DNA from: Bigelowiella natans CCMP2755
Taxonomy: Eukaryota; Protista; Cercozoa
Assembly (NCBI GenBank): GCA_000320545.1
Contig: ADNK01003025.1
Span: 1-64,000, forward strand
Length of the DNA stretch: 64,000 bases
Reading direction: 5' to 3'
The position numbers and the translations under genes were made by a program. The notes beneath the pieces were generated by a model, which did no database searches, was not told the origin of the DNA, and saw only the letters and a list, made by a program, of their open reading frames with translations. Of the stretch, positions 37,161-52,100 are shown in pieces. How positions within the stretch are numbered: the first letter of the stretch is position 1; each line of letters begins with the position of its first letter.

Positions 37161-40100
37161 TCATTATATATTTAATTTATCAATTTATCAATGTTGATTC
37201 AAATATCTCCCTTTCCTTCTCTTAATTCTTCTTTTTCTCCTTGGTAGGGTCGTCCAAGCCCTTGGCTCCGGAGATGTATTGATCCAGGCGACACGGTCTA
37301 TTCGGGTGGATGAGGACATCAACTCCACCTCCGTGTCGACTCTGACCCTGCAAGCGCCTATTGTAGAAGTTGAAGCTAAGATCAACATTCAAGGCGCATT
37401 GAAGATCATTTCTCCCTTGAGAAATTCCCTGCATTCAGGTAGCTACTTCTCGCTCATCATCTTTCACATTTCATCTATTATTTTTATTTTTAAGAGAGGT
37501 TGGTCTTAAGACCCATTACGGATCTAAAGTTATGATCGAATCTGCATTAACATTATATTACTTGCAGATGTGAAAGCAGCGGAAGTCGACATAGCCACCG
37601 ACGCAGTCTCTACAGACCTGTGTCAGTATAAGACTTTGTCCAGTTCTTCACCAGCGTCAGAGAATTATCTAGGCTGCTACCATGATGACCCAACCTCACG
37701 GGCCCTCTCCTCGACTTCAATGGTTGATCCAAACATGTCACCTTTCATGTGCATCAACTTTTGCAAAGCTGGAGGGCATGCTTATGCTGGCGTTCAGGCC
37801 GGCGATAAGTGCTTCTGTGGTGGGACAACATACAATGTGTATGGTCTGTCGAACGGTTGCACCCGCCCTTGCGGAGAAAGTATCGAGAATACGCGCCTTA
37901 CTTGTGGTGGGTGGCAATCGAGCGATGTATACAAGACGAGCAGCGCCACATCTTCGCTGCTCTCTACACGATCCTCGACAACGACCGGTATGCAAGTTGA
38001 TGGCGTCGTTTTGAGCTCCTCAGCCAAGACGTCTATCGTAGTCTACGCCGACTACGTGTCGTACGGAATAGCCAAGTTGAATTTCGCGTCGAACCCGCCA
38101 GTCGAGTCCGGCAACTACAAGTGGAATTCAGCAAGCTCATTCTCGAACGTCGCTGCCGTATCAATCGACTCATTACCGGGAGGATATTACGTCGTCTTTC
38201 ACCATGCGTGTGGGCAAAACCCATGCCTTGGAGGCCAGCTTCTTCGAGCTAGCATCCTTCAGGAGGCTTCAACCTCCTTTACGCAGAGAGCATATTTGAA
38301 TGTGCGTACCGCCGTGGGTGCGGGCATTCTTCTTGACTCCTGCTATTTCAAAGGCGATGTGAACTCTGGCATACACATTCTAGCTATGTGGACCGACGAT
38401 AAGGACAAAACGTGGGTGGCACGTCTTCTTTACGATTTTGACGGAACATCACACACGTTCACCAACGTTGAAGTCAAGAAGATGGTAGACTATCGTGTCT
38501 ACGATGTGAATATCGTTGGCCTAGATGGGGGCAGAGCTCTTGCCTCCTACTTCGACAAGCAAACCAAGCGCGTTCATCTTCGTGTCGTCTATGATAAAGA
38601 TGGTGCGCTTGAATTTGGAGCGGTCCATGACGTCCTACCCAGCAAGGGACCATTCGGAGTCATGGGAAGCAACAAGGCTCTCGTAGCTCTTGACGAGACC
38701 CGTGTGGTCCTAGCCGTCAATGAGAATGCAGCAGGAAGAGCTTATCTGTTCTCCACGACCGATACCGTCGTTATGACCGATCATAATATCCAGTTTGACG
38801 TGGATAGCGCCACGAAAGTGACATTTGGAAAGATCGACTCATGCCATCTTGTCATGGCTTACGTCATTGACAACATGGGTACCGCTTCATACGCTACGAG
38901 CCGTTCCAACCAGCTCACCATCGGAGCTGCGAACTTCTCTGTCGTTAACCAACCACAGTATAACAGCCTCGAACCGTACACAAGTGCTGTGCTCACAGCT
39001 CACTCTCAGAGCAACGTAGGCTTCTCTTACGTCGGCTCTGACAAAAAGTTTAAGCACGAAAGGAGGTCTTGGGCGTCCCAGGATACCCTTGCTAAGCTTT
39101 ACTCCACTGCGACCACAAGTCTCAGAGGCCCTAGCACTTTTGAGGCCAACGGCGACATCAACATGCCGTTGCCGATTACCCTCTCGGGAACTTCAAAGTA
39201 TTACATGGCAGCCGATGCGGATACCTCTGGCGCAGGGAAACTGGCGCTATCCACCGTTTCTATTGGCTCTTCCATTCAGGAGTTCCAGATTCTAGGTGCA
39301 GCACTGGACCTGAGCACAATCAACGGCCCGACAGCTGACATCATCGTCGGCTGTACGCTCCAGATGAAGATTGGCAACGCACTCTCTGGTGCAGGTTGCC
39401 ACCTTTCTTACGCAGAGCTCAGCGGTATTACCACAACACGGCGTCTCGGCCTTGGCAATTCATTAGGTGGAGATGTTATCCTCGGCAACCAAGTGTCGTC
39501 GAATGTGGGTAATGCAGAACATCTGTGGATTTCTTCTGGACTCAATATTCTTTTTGAATCGGGCAGCGTCTCTCCGTACACGCTTTCTGTGTACGCACAT
39601 GCAAAGAACCACGTGACTCTAAGCCACTCTATGACGAACACAGGCCTCTTCGCAGTTGTCGCAGATAGTGATTGCAATGGCGCTGGCAATTTCATCCAAA
39701 ACTCCCCTGTTTCGGCGAAGAATATGTCTATGTACGCCGCTGATGTTACATTCGGCGCAAGCATATCCGTAACTGACATGTATGTCGGTGCGTGTAAGTT
39801 CAGAAATATTGCTTTAGGTGGTTCTGGAAGCACTCTCACAGGATCGCTTCTTATTAATAAGCAAGAAATGTCACGTTTCGCAACCACTTCTTTCACCGTA
39901 GCTACATCTAGAGCTGAAGTCACAATGATGGACATGACTGCCACCGCTGCTGGTGATTTCAACATTATCTCTGGTGGTGATCTTACTGTGAAGGCATCCA
40001 AGAAAGCAAGTTTCAAAACTCTTTCAGTCTACACGAACTATTCCGCTAATTTGGAGCAAAGTTCGGAATTAACTACGACGGGTGACATGAAATTCGACTT

Positions 40101-43100
40101 AAACGAAGCTCCTGCTCGCACTGTGACAATGAATAAGCTTTCAAAGTTGACTAGCGCGGCTAAGCTTACGTTCGATGGGCATTCGAGCTCTATCCTCAAC
40201 ATGGGCGAGAACACCACCGCCTCCGCCAAATCTGATTTTGACATTGACTTCCCAGTCAATCTCATCGGAAGCGGTTCGGCAACGATAATTGCTGATTCTG
40301 ACCTGAACAACGCCGGAACTCTGATTTTCAAGTCAACTGCTCCAGTGACCACAATTGGGACGACCAAGGACCATTTTACACTTCAGGGTGCTGATTTGCA
40401 GCTCAGTGCTGCCATCAAAACCTCTCAAGCTCACCTCACAGTCCGAACGTTGGCTGGGAAACTTTGGCTTGGAAGCAACCCGTCCACTGGTATGAAGATA
40501 TCTCAAGCTGAGCTTAACTTCCTCGAGACAACCGGAACCCTCAAACTTCGCAGCAAGTTTGATGTCACGGTCGATGCATACAACCAGGTCAAAACCCCAG
40601 CTGAGACGCAGATACTCTCCGATCTGGACATCATCTTCAAGAATGGCGGCTCCAGATTCATCACCAAGTTCTCTGCTCTGGCAAACGACGACGTGAAAGT
40701 AGAAACTGCTGTCACGGGTAGCGGTGCTGGGGATTTTTTCCTATTTGGGGATGCAGACTGTAATAGTATCGGAAACTTTGAGTTGAAGCCTTCAGGATCA
40801 GTCACAACTACTAACAGAAGGCTAACGATCCATGGATTCCCTACGCTACAGGGAACCATAAACACTGGAACTGAAACCATCGTCTTCTCAGGCTGCTTTG
40901 GTACTCACATCGATGTTGGTGGCGATGGCACAACAACGACTGGTGGTATCAAGATCACCAGAGCAGATTTGCAAAGGATTACTAGCTCTAACCTTACCAT
41001 TCACGCGAAAGGAGGTAATGTGTACCAATACGATACCATCGCATCGGACACCGCTAGTATTGCAGGTCGCATCAAACTTATCGGGGACAGCCAAGTACAG
41101 TATAAGGGATCTGCCGTCTACAAGAGCTTGTATAGCAAAGCTCCCACTACATCTATCGCGGGAGACATCAAGGTGAACGAGGGACATCTCCTCCTCGAAT
41201 CCACCTCATACACCGTCGAAGATACTGCCTACATTACCTCTGAGGTTAAGAACATCTATGTCAACCCCATTGGCTCTGGAACAGGCTCCATGACCACCAA
41301 AGCAGGCGCCACGTGGAAGAGTGCTACAGACATCACGTTCGAAGTACCCATTACGGTTACAGGCTCTGGAACACTGGCTTTCCACAGCGATTTTGATGAG
41401 GATGCAGATGGAGAGATTGTGATTCCAAGCACATCAGGCATAACAGTTTCCGCTACTTCTGTAGACCAACTACTGTTCACCGGTGCCGATATCACTGTCA
41501 ACTCTAACATCCAGGGCAACCAGGCAAACGTCACGATCATGACTTCGAATTACACATCAAGTCAATTGAGTGTAGGCAGTAATAATGGTGGTATGCACCT
41601 GAGCGACGCCGAACTTGATAGGATTACGACAGCTTCTAAGATTACTCTAGGAAGCCTTCAAACTGACAAAGTTACGGTTAATGGAGTTTCGAGCAGCCAC
41701 ACCGCGAATGAGGTGCTCATTGTAAGCCATGGAGACGTTGTCTCCCAGGGAGCATCCTCCGCATTTTCTACGAAAATCAATATTATCGCTGATAAAAACA
41801 TCGATATCACGGAATCTGTGACGGTCACAGGGGGGAGTATTACAGCTACAGCGGACCGAGACTGTAATTTCGTTGGTAACTTCAAAGTGAGGAGTGGCAA
41901 GACGTTTAAGGCCGTTAACAATCCTATCGACGTTAAAGCCTACGATGTTCAACTGGACGGTTTGCTCAATTCTGGCACTAAACCTACCAAATTCTTCGGT
42001 TGCAGCGGCATTAATATCGATGTCGGAGGCTCTCAATCTACGCCGGGCCATATGAAGGTTAATCAAGCTGAGCTACAAAGGATCACAGCTACGAACCTGA
42101 CCTTCAATGGCGTGAATGCAGAAATTTCTGTTTACAAGACTGTGAGTGCAGATACTGCAAATGTAGCTGATAGGGTGTTTCTGGACGCTGGGGCTAAGAT
42201 TAACTTCAAGCAGTCCAATATTTGGAAATCCTTAGAAACCAACACGGCCACAACAAATATCAATGCTGATATTAAAGTGACTGACAACCATCTCGTCATG
42301 GAATCTGCTATATACAATGTCGCCGATGCTGTATACGTGACTTCAGAGAAGGAGAACATCTACATTGAGCCAAGAAGTGGTGGTACTACTGGTACAATGA
42401 ATGCCGCGCCCTCTACATTTAGAAGTGCTGGAGATCTGGCATTTGAGGTCCCTGTCACGGTTTCAGGTTCTGGAAATATGTTTTTCCAAGCTGACAAAGA
42501 TGCAGATGCAGACGGCACATTGTCATTTTCCGCAGCCTCTGGCATTACCAGTACTGGGGGAGGAGTAGCGCAAATTGAATTATCAGGTCATGACTTGATT
42601 CTTGAATCCGCTATTTCTGCTGGCACTACCAATGTATCTATCGAAACTTCCAACTACACGAACTCTATATTGAGTGTTGGGGCAACAGCGTCTGGCTTGC
42701 ACCTTAGTGACACTGAGCTTGACCGTATTACTACCACATCATCACTTACGCTCGGTAGCAAGCAGACTGAGACGGTCATTGTGAATGGGGCGTCCTACAC
42801 AGGAGCCACTCAGCCTCAAGACGTCTACATTATTGCTGAGAAAGATGTGAAGTTCCAGACCAGCGGATCTTCCTTCAAAACTCGTTTGGGAGTCTACGCC
42901 GACAACAATATTGACGTCGAAACTTCTGTCACTGTTAACAACGGAGACGTGAAGATGGTTACTGATGCAGATTGTAACGCAGCTGGAATTTTCACTGTGA
43001 AGTCAACTGGTAGTATTACCACGAACAACAAAAAGCTGACTATCCAAGCAAGAGATATTAGCTTATTAGGAACAACCAACTCTGGCACAGAAATGACAGG

Positions 43101-46100
43101 AATTCTCGGATGTGCCGGTGTGTCTATTGACGTCGGGTTTGATGGCAGTACTACAACTGGTCAGATCCGGGTATCCCAGGCGGAGTTACAGAAAATTACC
43201 GCTGCAAACCTAAGTTTCAGCGCGCCATTCGGTGACATTTTCGTGTACGATACCGTTGCTGCAGATACCGCCAATGTTGCTAACCAAGTGCAAATGTTTT
43301 CTTCTCTCACTGGAAAGATTGAGGTCAAGAAGGCGAATGAGTGGAAAAGTCTCTACGCCGTTACGCCTACTATGACTATCAATGGTGATATGAAGACCAC
43401 TGTGTCACACATGGTATTGGAGGCTACGAACTACAACGTAGAATCGGGCGTTTTCATTGTATCTGATGGAGGTAATATTTACGTTGAACCTCGGACCGGT
43501 GCACCAGGGACTATGCAAACCAAGTCTCCAGTTCATTTTAAGGGGAAGCAAGATGTGACCTTCGAAGTACCCATGTTTGCATCCGGTACTGGTGGTGTAT
43601 ACATCGACGCGGATTCAGATGGAGATGGAAGCGGAACATTGAGTTTCAACTCGGCATCCCCGATTTCTCTATCTCCCTCGAACTCGATCATTAGATTAAC
43701 TGCCGCAGATCTGATTCTTGGTGCTTCCCTAACTGCAGTTAATTCTAACGTGACCATTCTTAACTCACCTTCCTCTGGGGCAAAAATGAGCGTCGGAACC
43801 ACCACCACTGGCGGCCTCCACGTTGATAACACTGAGTTAAACAGAATCACCACCAACAAAAGCCTCACATTCGGTAGCTTGAAAACCCACTTCCTCACTT
43901 TCAACGGTGCGAATCATCTGAAGAGCAACCCGGAGCATGTATACGCCATCAGCGTCGATGACGTTATTTTCAAGGGCACCACCTCGAAGTTTCTCACGCA
44001 GTTTAGTTCCTACGCAAACGATGATGTAATTGTCGAAGCGTTGTTGGAAGTTGACGGTGGAGAGGTTGTCCTTGTAGCTGATGCCGATTGTAACAGAGAT
44101 GGAATATTTAACCTGAAAGCAGGAGGAGTTGTGAAAACCAATGACCGCAAGTTGACCATACAGGGACCCCCAACTCTCACTGGAACTATTAACACAGGGA
44201 CAGCTCAAGTGGTCTTCACAACGTGTGCTGGTTACGATATCGATGTAGGCAGTGATGGAACTACTACCACTGGCTACATAAAGATTACGCAATCCGATCT
44301 TCAGAAGATTACCGCGATTAATACAACAATCTATGCAAGAGCTGCAAGCATCTACCAATACAAAACAGTCGTAACTGATACTAGCGGTGTTACTGGACGC
44401 GTAAATCTGGTCGCTGATAAGACACTATCTTTCAGAGAGAGCAGCATTTACAAAACCCTTCGTGGGAGTGCTCCAAAAGTCAACATCACTGGAGACATTA
44501 AGGTGACGGAAAGCCATCTCGTCCTAGAGAGCACCCGTTACGATGTGTTCGAGGGATCTTACATTCAATCAGAAGCCCAGAATGTTTACGTAAGACCTCT
44601 TCCTGGCCTTACTGGATCTATGTGGACCCAAGCAGGAGTATTCTGGAAGAGTGCTACAGATCTGAGTTTCGAGGTACCCCTTAAGGTGGTTGGCTCCGGA
44701 ACTATTGACTTCCAGACTGATAGTGATGAGGATACAAAGGGAACTCTTTCCTTTTCTCCTCAGGCATCCATCACTGTTGATAGCCTTACTGTGAAACAAC
44801 TACGCTTTACTGCCGCGGACATGATCGTTAACGCCGCTGTTCAGGCAAAACAGGCAAATATCTCTATCCAAGTATCCAACTCCACGAATTCGGTTATGAG
44901 TGTAGGCTCCAACCATGGAGGACTCCACCTCAGCGATGCAGAGCTTGATCGGCTCACGACAACTTCGCAACTGACTCTTGGAAGTGAGCAAACCGACTAT
45001 GTAGTTTTGGATGGGGCCACGTACGCAGTTTCCCCTGATGACGTATTTGTCGTTGCTAGTGTGAACGCCACGTTCATAGGAGCAGCATCATCATTCGTGA
45101 CAAGGCTTGGGGTTCACGCTGGTGATGAAATTAAAGTAGATGCAAAGGTGACAGTAACCGGAGGCGTAGCAAAATTTGTTGCTGATCAAGGTTGCGTTGG
45201 GAGAAATGGGATGTTCATGGTTACCCCACTCGGTGAAATCACGGCGAACAGACCTACTTATGTCCAAGCATACGATGTGATGCTCTCCGGCAAAATTGAC
45301 TCTGGATCTCATGCTCTACACTTCATTAGCTGCTCCGGCTCTATCGATGTGGGAGGAACAGGAACTACCACAACTGGTCAGATGCGTGTCTCCCAAGCAG
45401 AATTAGGTCTTTTGACCTCGACAAACCTAACTTTTACGAGTGTGGGACATCGAGTTCATATCTATAAAACTGTTTTATCGGACACGAGCACGGTCGCTGG
45501 TAGGGTTACCTTCAATGGCAAAACAGACGTTGAGTTTGCGGACTCATCCATTTGGAAATCTGCTCTGGCTTTGTCCCCAAAAATCAACATTTCTGCTGAT
45601 TTGAAGGTTACCGAGAGCCACTTGATTTTCGAAGGCACGGAATATTACGTGCACGCAGGTGTGTATGTACAGTCCGAGTCGAAGAATATCTATGTTGAGG
45701 ACACAGCAGGAGGCACGGGTAAAATGGTATCCGAGACGCCTGTGACATGGAAGAGCGCTTCCGACCTCACCTTTGAAGTTCCTATAAAGGTAAAAGGCAT
45801 GGGATCCTTGATGTTTGATGCCGACTTTGATGAAGACAAGAGCGGAACGCTTTCCTTTGACTCCACCGCATCTGTCTCTGTCATAGAGTCGGGTGTGCAG
45901 CAGATTGTTTTGACTGGGGCTGACCTGATATTAGAGGCTGAGTTACAAGCACGCCAAGCTAATATTACTGTTCAAGTGTCTAATCACTCGACTTCAAAGC
46001 TGAGTGTGGGCGCGAATAACGGTGGCATGCATGTCAGTAATGCGGAGCTTGCCCGCATCAAGAGTGACACATCAGTTATGTTCGGCAGTACCCAGACAGA

Positions 46101-49100
46101 CATCGTTGTGGTGGACGGAGCTACTTATTCGCACACGCCTGCTGATCTTTACTTCGTCAGTATGGATCAAATCGAGTTCAAAACTGGGGCTTCCAATTTC
46201 GCTACTCGAGTGGGTGTCCACGCAGATAAAGATATCAAAGTAGGTGCTGCTGTGACAACCACTGGTGGCACTATGACCTGGGTTGCTAACGCAAATTGCG
46301 GTACGACAGCTGGGAGTGGAACATTCACTAAAACTGCATCTGGATCGATCACTACAACAGATAATACAATGTGGATCGAAGCATACGACGTAGTTCTTAC
46401 TGCGAACGGAAAGATAGACACCGGCACTGCCGCACTCCATTTTGTGGGTTGCGGTGTTTCAATAGATGTTGGAGGAACGGGCACTACTACCACTGGGCAG
46501 ATGCGTTTGAGCAGGGCTGAACTTCAGCTGTTGAAGAGCACAAACCTGACGTTTAGTAGCGTTGCAGGAGCCGTGTCTGTGTACAACACACTCGCTACTG
46601 ATACCACAGACGTGCTCAACCGTGTCACATTCAACGCCTTCACAAAGGTTGACTTCCTTGGCTCTTCAATCTTCAAGTCTGTACGAGCTGCTGCTCCAAG
46701 TATCAATATTAAGGATGACATGAAGGTCACAGAGGGACATCTTGTACTTGAGGCTCAAAACTACGTGGTTGACGGTGGAATTTGGATTCAAAGTGAAGTT
46801 AACAACATTTATGTAGAGCCTCCGAAGGGCGGCACTGGCTCCATGACCACAAGTACTCCTGTCACATGGAAGGCTGCCGAAGATCTTACCTTTGAAGTCC
46901 CTATCTCTATCACTGGCACCGCTGGTGCGATGTTCGAAGCCGATGGTGACGAGGATAAATCGGGAACTGTCAGCTTCAACAACGTTGCTACAGTATCGGT
47001 TACAGGTGGTGGAGTTGACCACGTGAAGATTACAGGCGCAGATCTCTTCTTGGAGGCGAATCTCAATGCTGCACAGGCAAATGTCACCATCCAAGTGTCT
47101 AATCACACGGACTCCACACTAAGTATCGGTGCTAATCATGGGGGTATGCACCTTACAAACACCGAATTGAACAGGATTACTACCACCACTTCCCTCAATC
47201 TTGGTAGCACTCAAACTGATCATGTTTTCGTTAATGGCGTGACTCATACAAAAAGTCCAACCGAGGTGAATATCTTGAGTATGCTGATGACCAAATTTAG
47301 GGGAGCTGGTTCAACATTCCAAACCAAATTCAGTGTTCTTTCTGACAAGGACATCGACGTCGATGTACCTTTAACGGTGTCAAATGGGCCAGTCAGGATG
47401 ATCGCAAATGCGGATTGCGGATCGCCACTGGCCGGCGGCAACTTTATTAAGATGGGAACGGGTTCAATTCAAACTAATAACCAGGTATTAACCATCCAAG
47501 GTCACGATGTTGTCATGGCCGGCCCTGGCGAGCTAACCTCAGGAACGCGCGCTACCCACTTCATCTCCTGCACTGGTTCCATTGATGTTGGCGGAACAGG
47601 AGCAACAACAACGGGCTCGATGAGGGTATCCGCTGCCGAACTACGTCTATTGAACAGTGTAAACTTGACATTTAATGCCCAAAATACCGGCAAGAAAGTC
47701 AACGTATACGACACTGTCATCACTGATACTACGGATGTACTGTCACGAGTTGATTTCCACGGAAACGCTGAGGTCAATTTCCTAGGCACCAGCGTCTGGA
47801 AGTCTGCCAGGGCTACTGCACCAGCAATCAATATCAAGAATGACATCAAAGTAACTGAGAGTCATCTCATCTTCGAATCATCTGCTTACACAGTAGATGC
47901 CGGAGTATATGTTCAATCAGAAACCAGAAACATCTACGTCGAACCACCACCTGGCCAAACTGGAACTATGCTTTCCCAAACTCCAGTGAAATGGAAAAGC
48001 GCTGAGGATATTACTTTCGAAGTTCCAATTTCGGTCATCGGGGGCGGGGAGCTCTTTATTCAAAGTGACAGCGACGAAGATGCTTCCGGAAATGTTGTCT
48101 TCAATGCAGCTGCAGATGTTACTGTAACGGGATCATCCGTTCAATCGATCGAGCTCATTGGAGCTGATATCCAACTGAATTCTAGAATTACCGCAAATTC
48201 AGCCAATGTAACAGTCCATCCTAGTAATTACACAGGAAATGTACTGAGCGTTGGATCAGTCTCGCATGGTGGAATGCATCTGAGTGACGCAGAGCTTGAC
48301 AGGATTACTACAACTTCGCAACTTCAACTCGGAAGTACGCAGACAGACAATGTCTGGCTACATGGAGTATCTCATGCAGACACACCCGAATTTGTTTACG
48401 TTGTTGCTGATACACACATCGAGGTTGCTGGAACATCATCGTTCTCCACCAATACGGAAATGCGTGCTGACGAGGACATTAAGGTGAAGTCGTCCTTGAC
48501 AGTTTCAGGAGGTACTTTGCAGTTGAAGGCAGAGGCAAACTGTAACAATACAGGGAACCTGATCGTTACTGCTGCAGGAACCGTTAAAGTTGTTGACAAC
48601 ACTTTGAAGATTGTAGCGAAGGATGTCGACATCAAAGGCATCATTGACACTGGCGCAGCAGCAACACATTTTGTTGCTGGCTGTGCAGGGCAAGGTGTCG
48701 ATGTCGGTGGGGACGGAACTACTACAACAAGTACGATGAGAATTGATCGATCCGAACTGGCTAAGATTACAAGCACGAATCTTTCGATCACTTCGGCTAG
48801 TCATCATATCAGGGTCTACGATACTATTTTTGCAGATACTGCTGCAGTAAGTGGCATCGTATTCCTTGATGCTCATACGGATATGGACTTCATTGGATCC
48901 ACAGTGTTCAAATCTGTAGATTCAAATGCTCCAAAAACTAACATATCAAATGATATCAAAGTCACAGAAGGCCATCTCGTGATGGAGGCTAACGACTTTC
49001 ATGTCGATGCTGGCGTTCATGTACAATCTGAAACGAAAAATATATACATTGAGGCTTTGGGATCATCAGGTATAATCCGTTCTGACAGTCCAGTCACTTG

Positions 49101-52100
49101 GAAAAGTGCTGGAGACATCACTTTCGAGGTTCCCATGAATCTCTATGGATCTGGGTCGTTGAATATGTATGCCGATTCTGACTTTGATGCTGACGGAACC
49201 ATATCTATCTCCAACTCTGGGGGCATCACGGTGGTTGACTACGGCATTCTCGCCATCACGATGGACGCCGCCGATTTTGTTATCGATGCCACTGTTGAAG
49301 CTTTAGCCGCGAATGTCACAATTGGAACATCAAACTACACAAATTCGAAATTGAGTGTCGGAACGTCTCATGGAGGTGCTCATATCACAGACGCCGAGCT
49401 TGATAGAATCAAGACGGATTCTTTGATTAGAATTGGATCTATGCAAACCGAATTCGTATATATCGATGGGATCTCTCACACTGACACACCAGTCAATGTG
49501 GAAGTGTATGCTGAGAAGGATATTACGTTTATTGGAGCTGGATCATCGTTCGTCCGCAGGTTCCATGCGTGTGCAATGAATGACCTCAACATTTTCGCTG
49601 ACTTGACATTGAGCAATGGCAACGTTAGCCTGAAGGCTGATTGTGACTGCAACACTGTCGGAACGTTCAACCTCACAGCCGGTCACACTTTGAATACGAA
49701 CAATGAAAAGCTGGAAACTGCAGCTCCGTGGTATGATATCAAAGGTGACATTATTGCAGGGTCTACAGAGACTCTGTTCAGCAGTTGTTACGGGTTGCAT
49801 ATTGACATTGGAGGTGACGGAACTACGACGACGGGAGATATTAAATTTCCTCAACCTGTATTAAACAAAATAACAGGGAACAATGTTACTTTCCGAGCAA
49901 GTGGAGGAAATATCTACGTGTATCAGGTTGATGTTGCCACTTCGGACCAACTCGATGGCTTCACATCCTTGAGAACTGATGCTGAAATTAATGTTAATGA
50001 TTCGAGTACTTGGAAGAGTATTATTCTTCAAGCCCCTGAAATTAACGTTAATGGGCACATCAGGACCTATGAAAGTCATATGATTTTAAGGTCTTCAGAA
50101 TACAACGTTCAACCAGGATCTTGGATCCAGTCTGACAAGGGAAATATTTATGTCCGTCTATACGATTCTATGCTTCCTGGGAATCCTGCGAACATGACTC
50201 TTCACACCCCTACCCAATTCAGAGGGGCTAACGATATCTCCTTTGAGGTGCCAGTTTTCGTAGTTGGGGTAGATAACTGGTTTGTCCAAGCCGATAGCGA
50301 TGAGGATGCAGCTGGTACAGTATCCTTTGCAGAGGAAGTGAAAGTCACCGAATCTCCCGTTGAGTCCATTGTGATCATAGGTGCTGATATTATAATCGAT
50401 GCACCTTTTGACGCTATGGGAGCGAACGTCACCATCCAAGTCTCTAACTATACTGGCTCAACACTCAGTGTGGGACAGAACTTCGGAGGTATGCACCTGT
50501 CCGACGCAGAAATCGACCGAATTAGAACGGACACCTCCCTCATGCTGGGAAGTCTTCAGACCGACAAAGTATTTGTTGGAGGTGTGAGTTACACAGATAC
50601 TCCTGCTGATTTATATTTTGTCAGCCATGACTTAATAGAATTCAAAGGCACAGCATCTAGTTTCACAACTCGTGTTGGAGTTCACGCAGAGAATCATGTG
50701 AATGTGAAAACACCAGTAACTGTTTCTGGTGGAACATTTACTGTTGTTGCCAATGCCAAGTGTTCTTCGGCAACGAGTGCTGGCAAGTTTACTCTCACAG
50801 GATCTGGAGATATCAAGACAACCGACAACGTTATGTGGATTCAAGCGTATGATGTTGTTTTGACTGGACCAGGAAAGCTGGATACAGGCAATGCGGCACT
50901 CCATTTTCGTGGGATGTGGTGTTTTCTATTGACTTTGGCGGAACCGGCACCAAATCCACGGGACAGATGCATGTAGACAGGACGGAACTGCGCCTTATCA
51001 GGAGTAATAACTTGACATTCAGCGCAGAAACCGGCAGTGTTTACCTGTACGAAACCTCTAGTACTGATTCTACCGATGTGCTGGATCGTGTAAGTTTCCT
51101 CGCCGCAGTGGAATTACATGTACTAGAATCTATTGTGTACAAGTCAATCCGCGCGGTTGCTCCCGTAATGAGAATAAAGAGCGACATGAAGGTTTATGAG
51201 GATCATATGGTACTTGAATCTCAGACTTATCACGTCGATGCAGGCGTCCACGTTCAGTCTGAAGTTGAAAATATTTATGTGAAACCCACAGTTGGCGCAG
51301 TGAATCCGAAGATGACAACTGATTCTCCAGTATATTGGAGGAGTAAGGGCGATGTAACCTTCAATGTTCCAATTTACGTGACCGGTTCCGGAAACTTCAT
51401 GGTAACTGCAGATGTGGATGCGGATCAGGATGGTACAATAGCCTTTTCCTCAGCTGCCAATGTAGTTGTGAGTGGAGGAAGCGTCAATGAATTACAATTC
51501 ACTGGGGCAGACTTCATTCTCGATTCTACATTAACTGCAAACAATGCGAATGTTACAATCCAAGTGAGCAACTACACCAATTCAAAAATGTCAATTGGAA
51601 CAAGAAACAAAGGAGGCTTGTGGCTCTCCGATGCAGAACTTGACCGAATGACAGTTCCGAAGATCCTAACGCTTGGGAGCTTACAATCTGATCTAGTGTA
51701 TGTCGGAGGCGTTTCCCATTCCGATGTCTGCCAGAAAGTTAACGTTGTTGCAAATGACAACATTTACGTTCTTGAAGCTGCATCATCCTTCAACAGTGAC
51801 CTTGGTTTGTACGCTGACGAGCAGATTGAGGTAACAACTGCTTTGAGCTGCACACAGAACATTTGGGTGACGGCTGATTCTACCTGTTCCAGAGATGGTA
51901 ACTTGAAAGTGACTTCAACCGGATCCATTTCGGCTGTGAACAAAGTCCTCAGTGTTCAAGCACACGATGTGGAGCTTCTCGGACCACTCTCTTCCGGAAC
52001 GGCTGCAATGCATTTTGGTGGATGTGTAAATGTGAGCATTGACGTTGGAGGCACAGGCTTGACGTCATCAGGATATATGAGAATTTCTCAAGCTGAATTA

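Noticed and set aside
50908-50976. C-terminus 'RGMWCFLLTLAEPAPNPRDRCM*' as a real hydrophobic anchor of a 4468-aa protein
   Set aside because: It is out-of-frame translation after the T insertions; the repeat pattern continues seamlessly in another frame.
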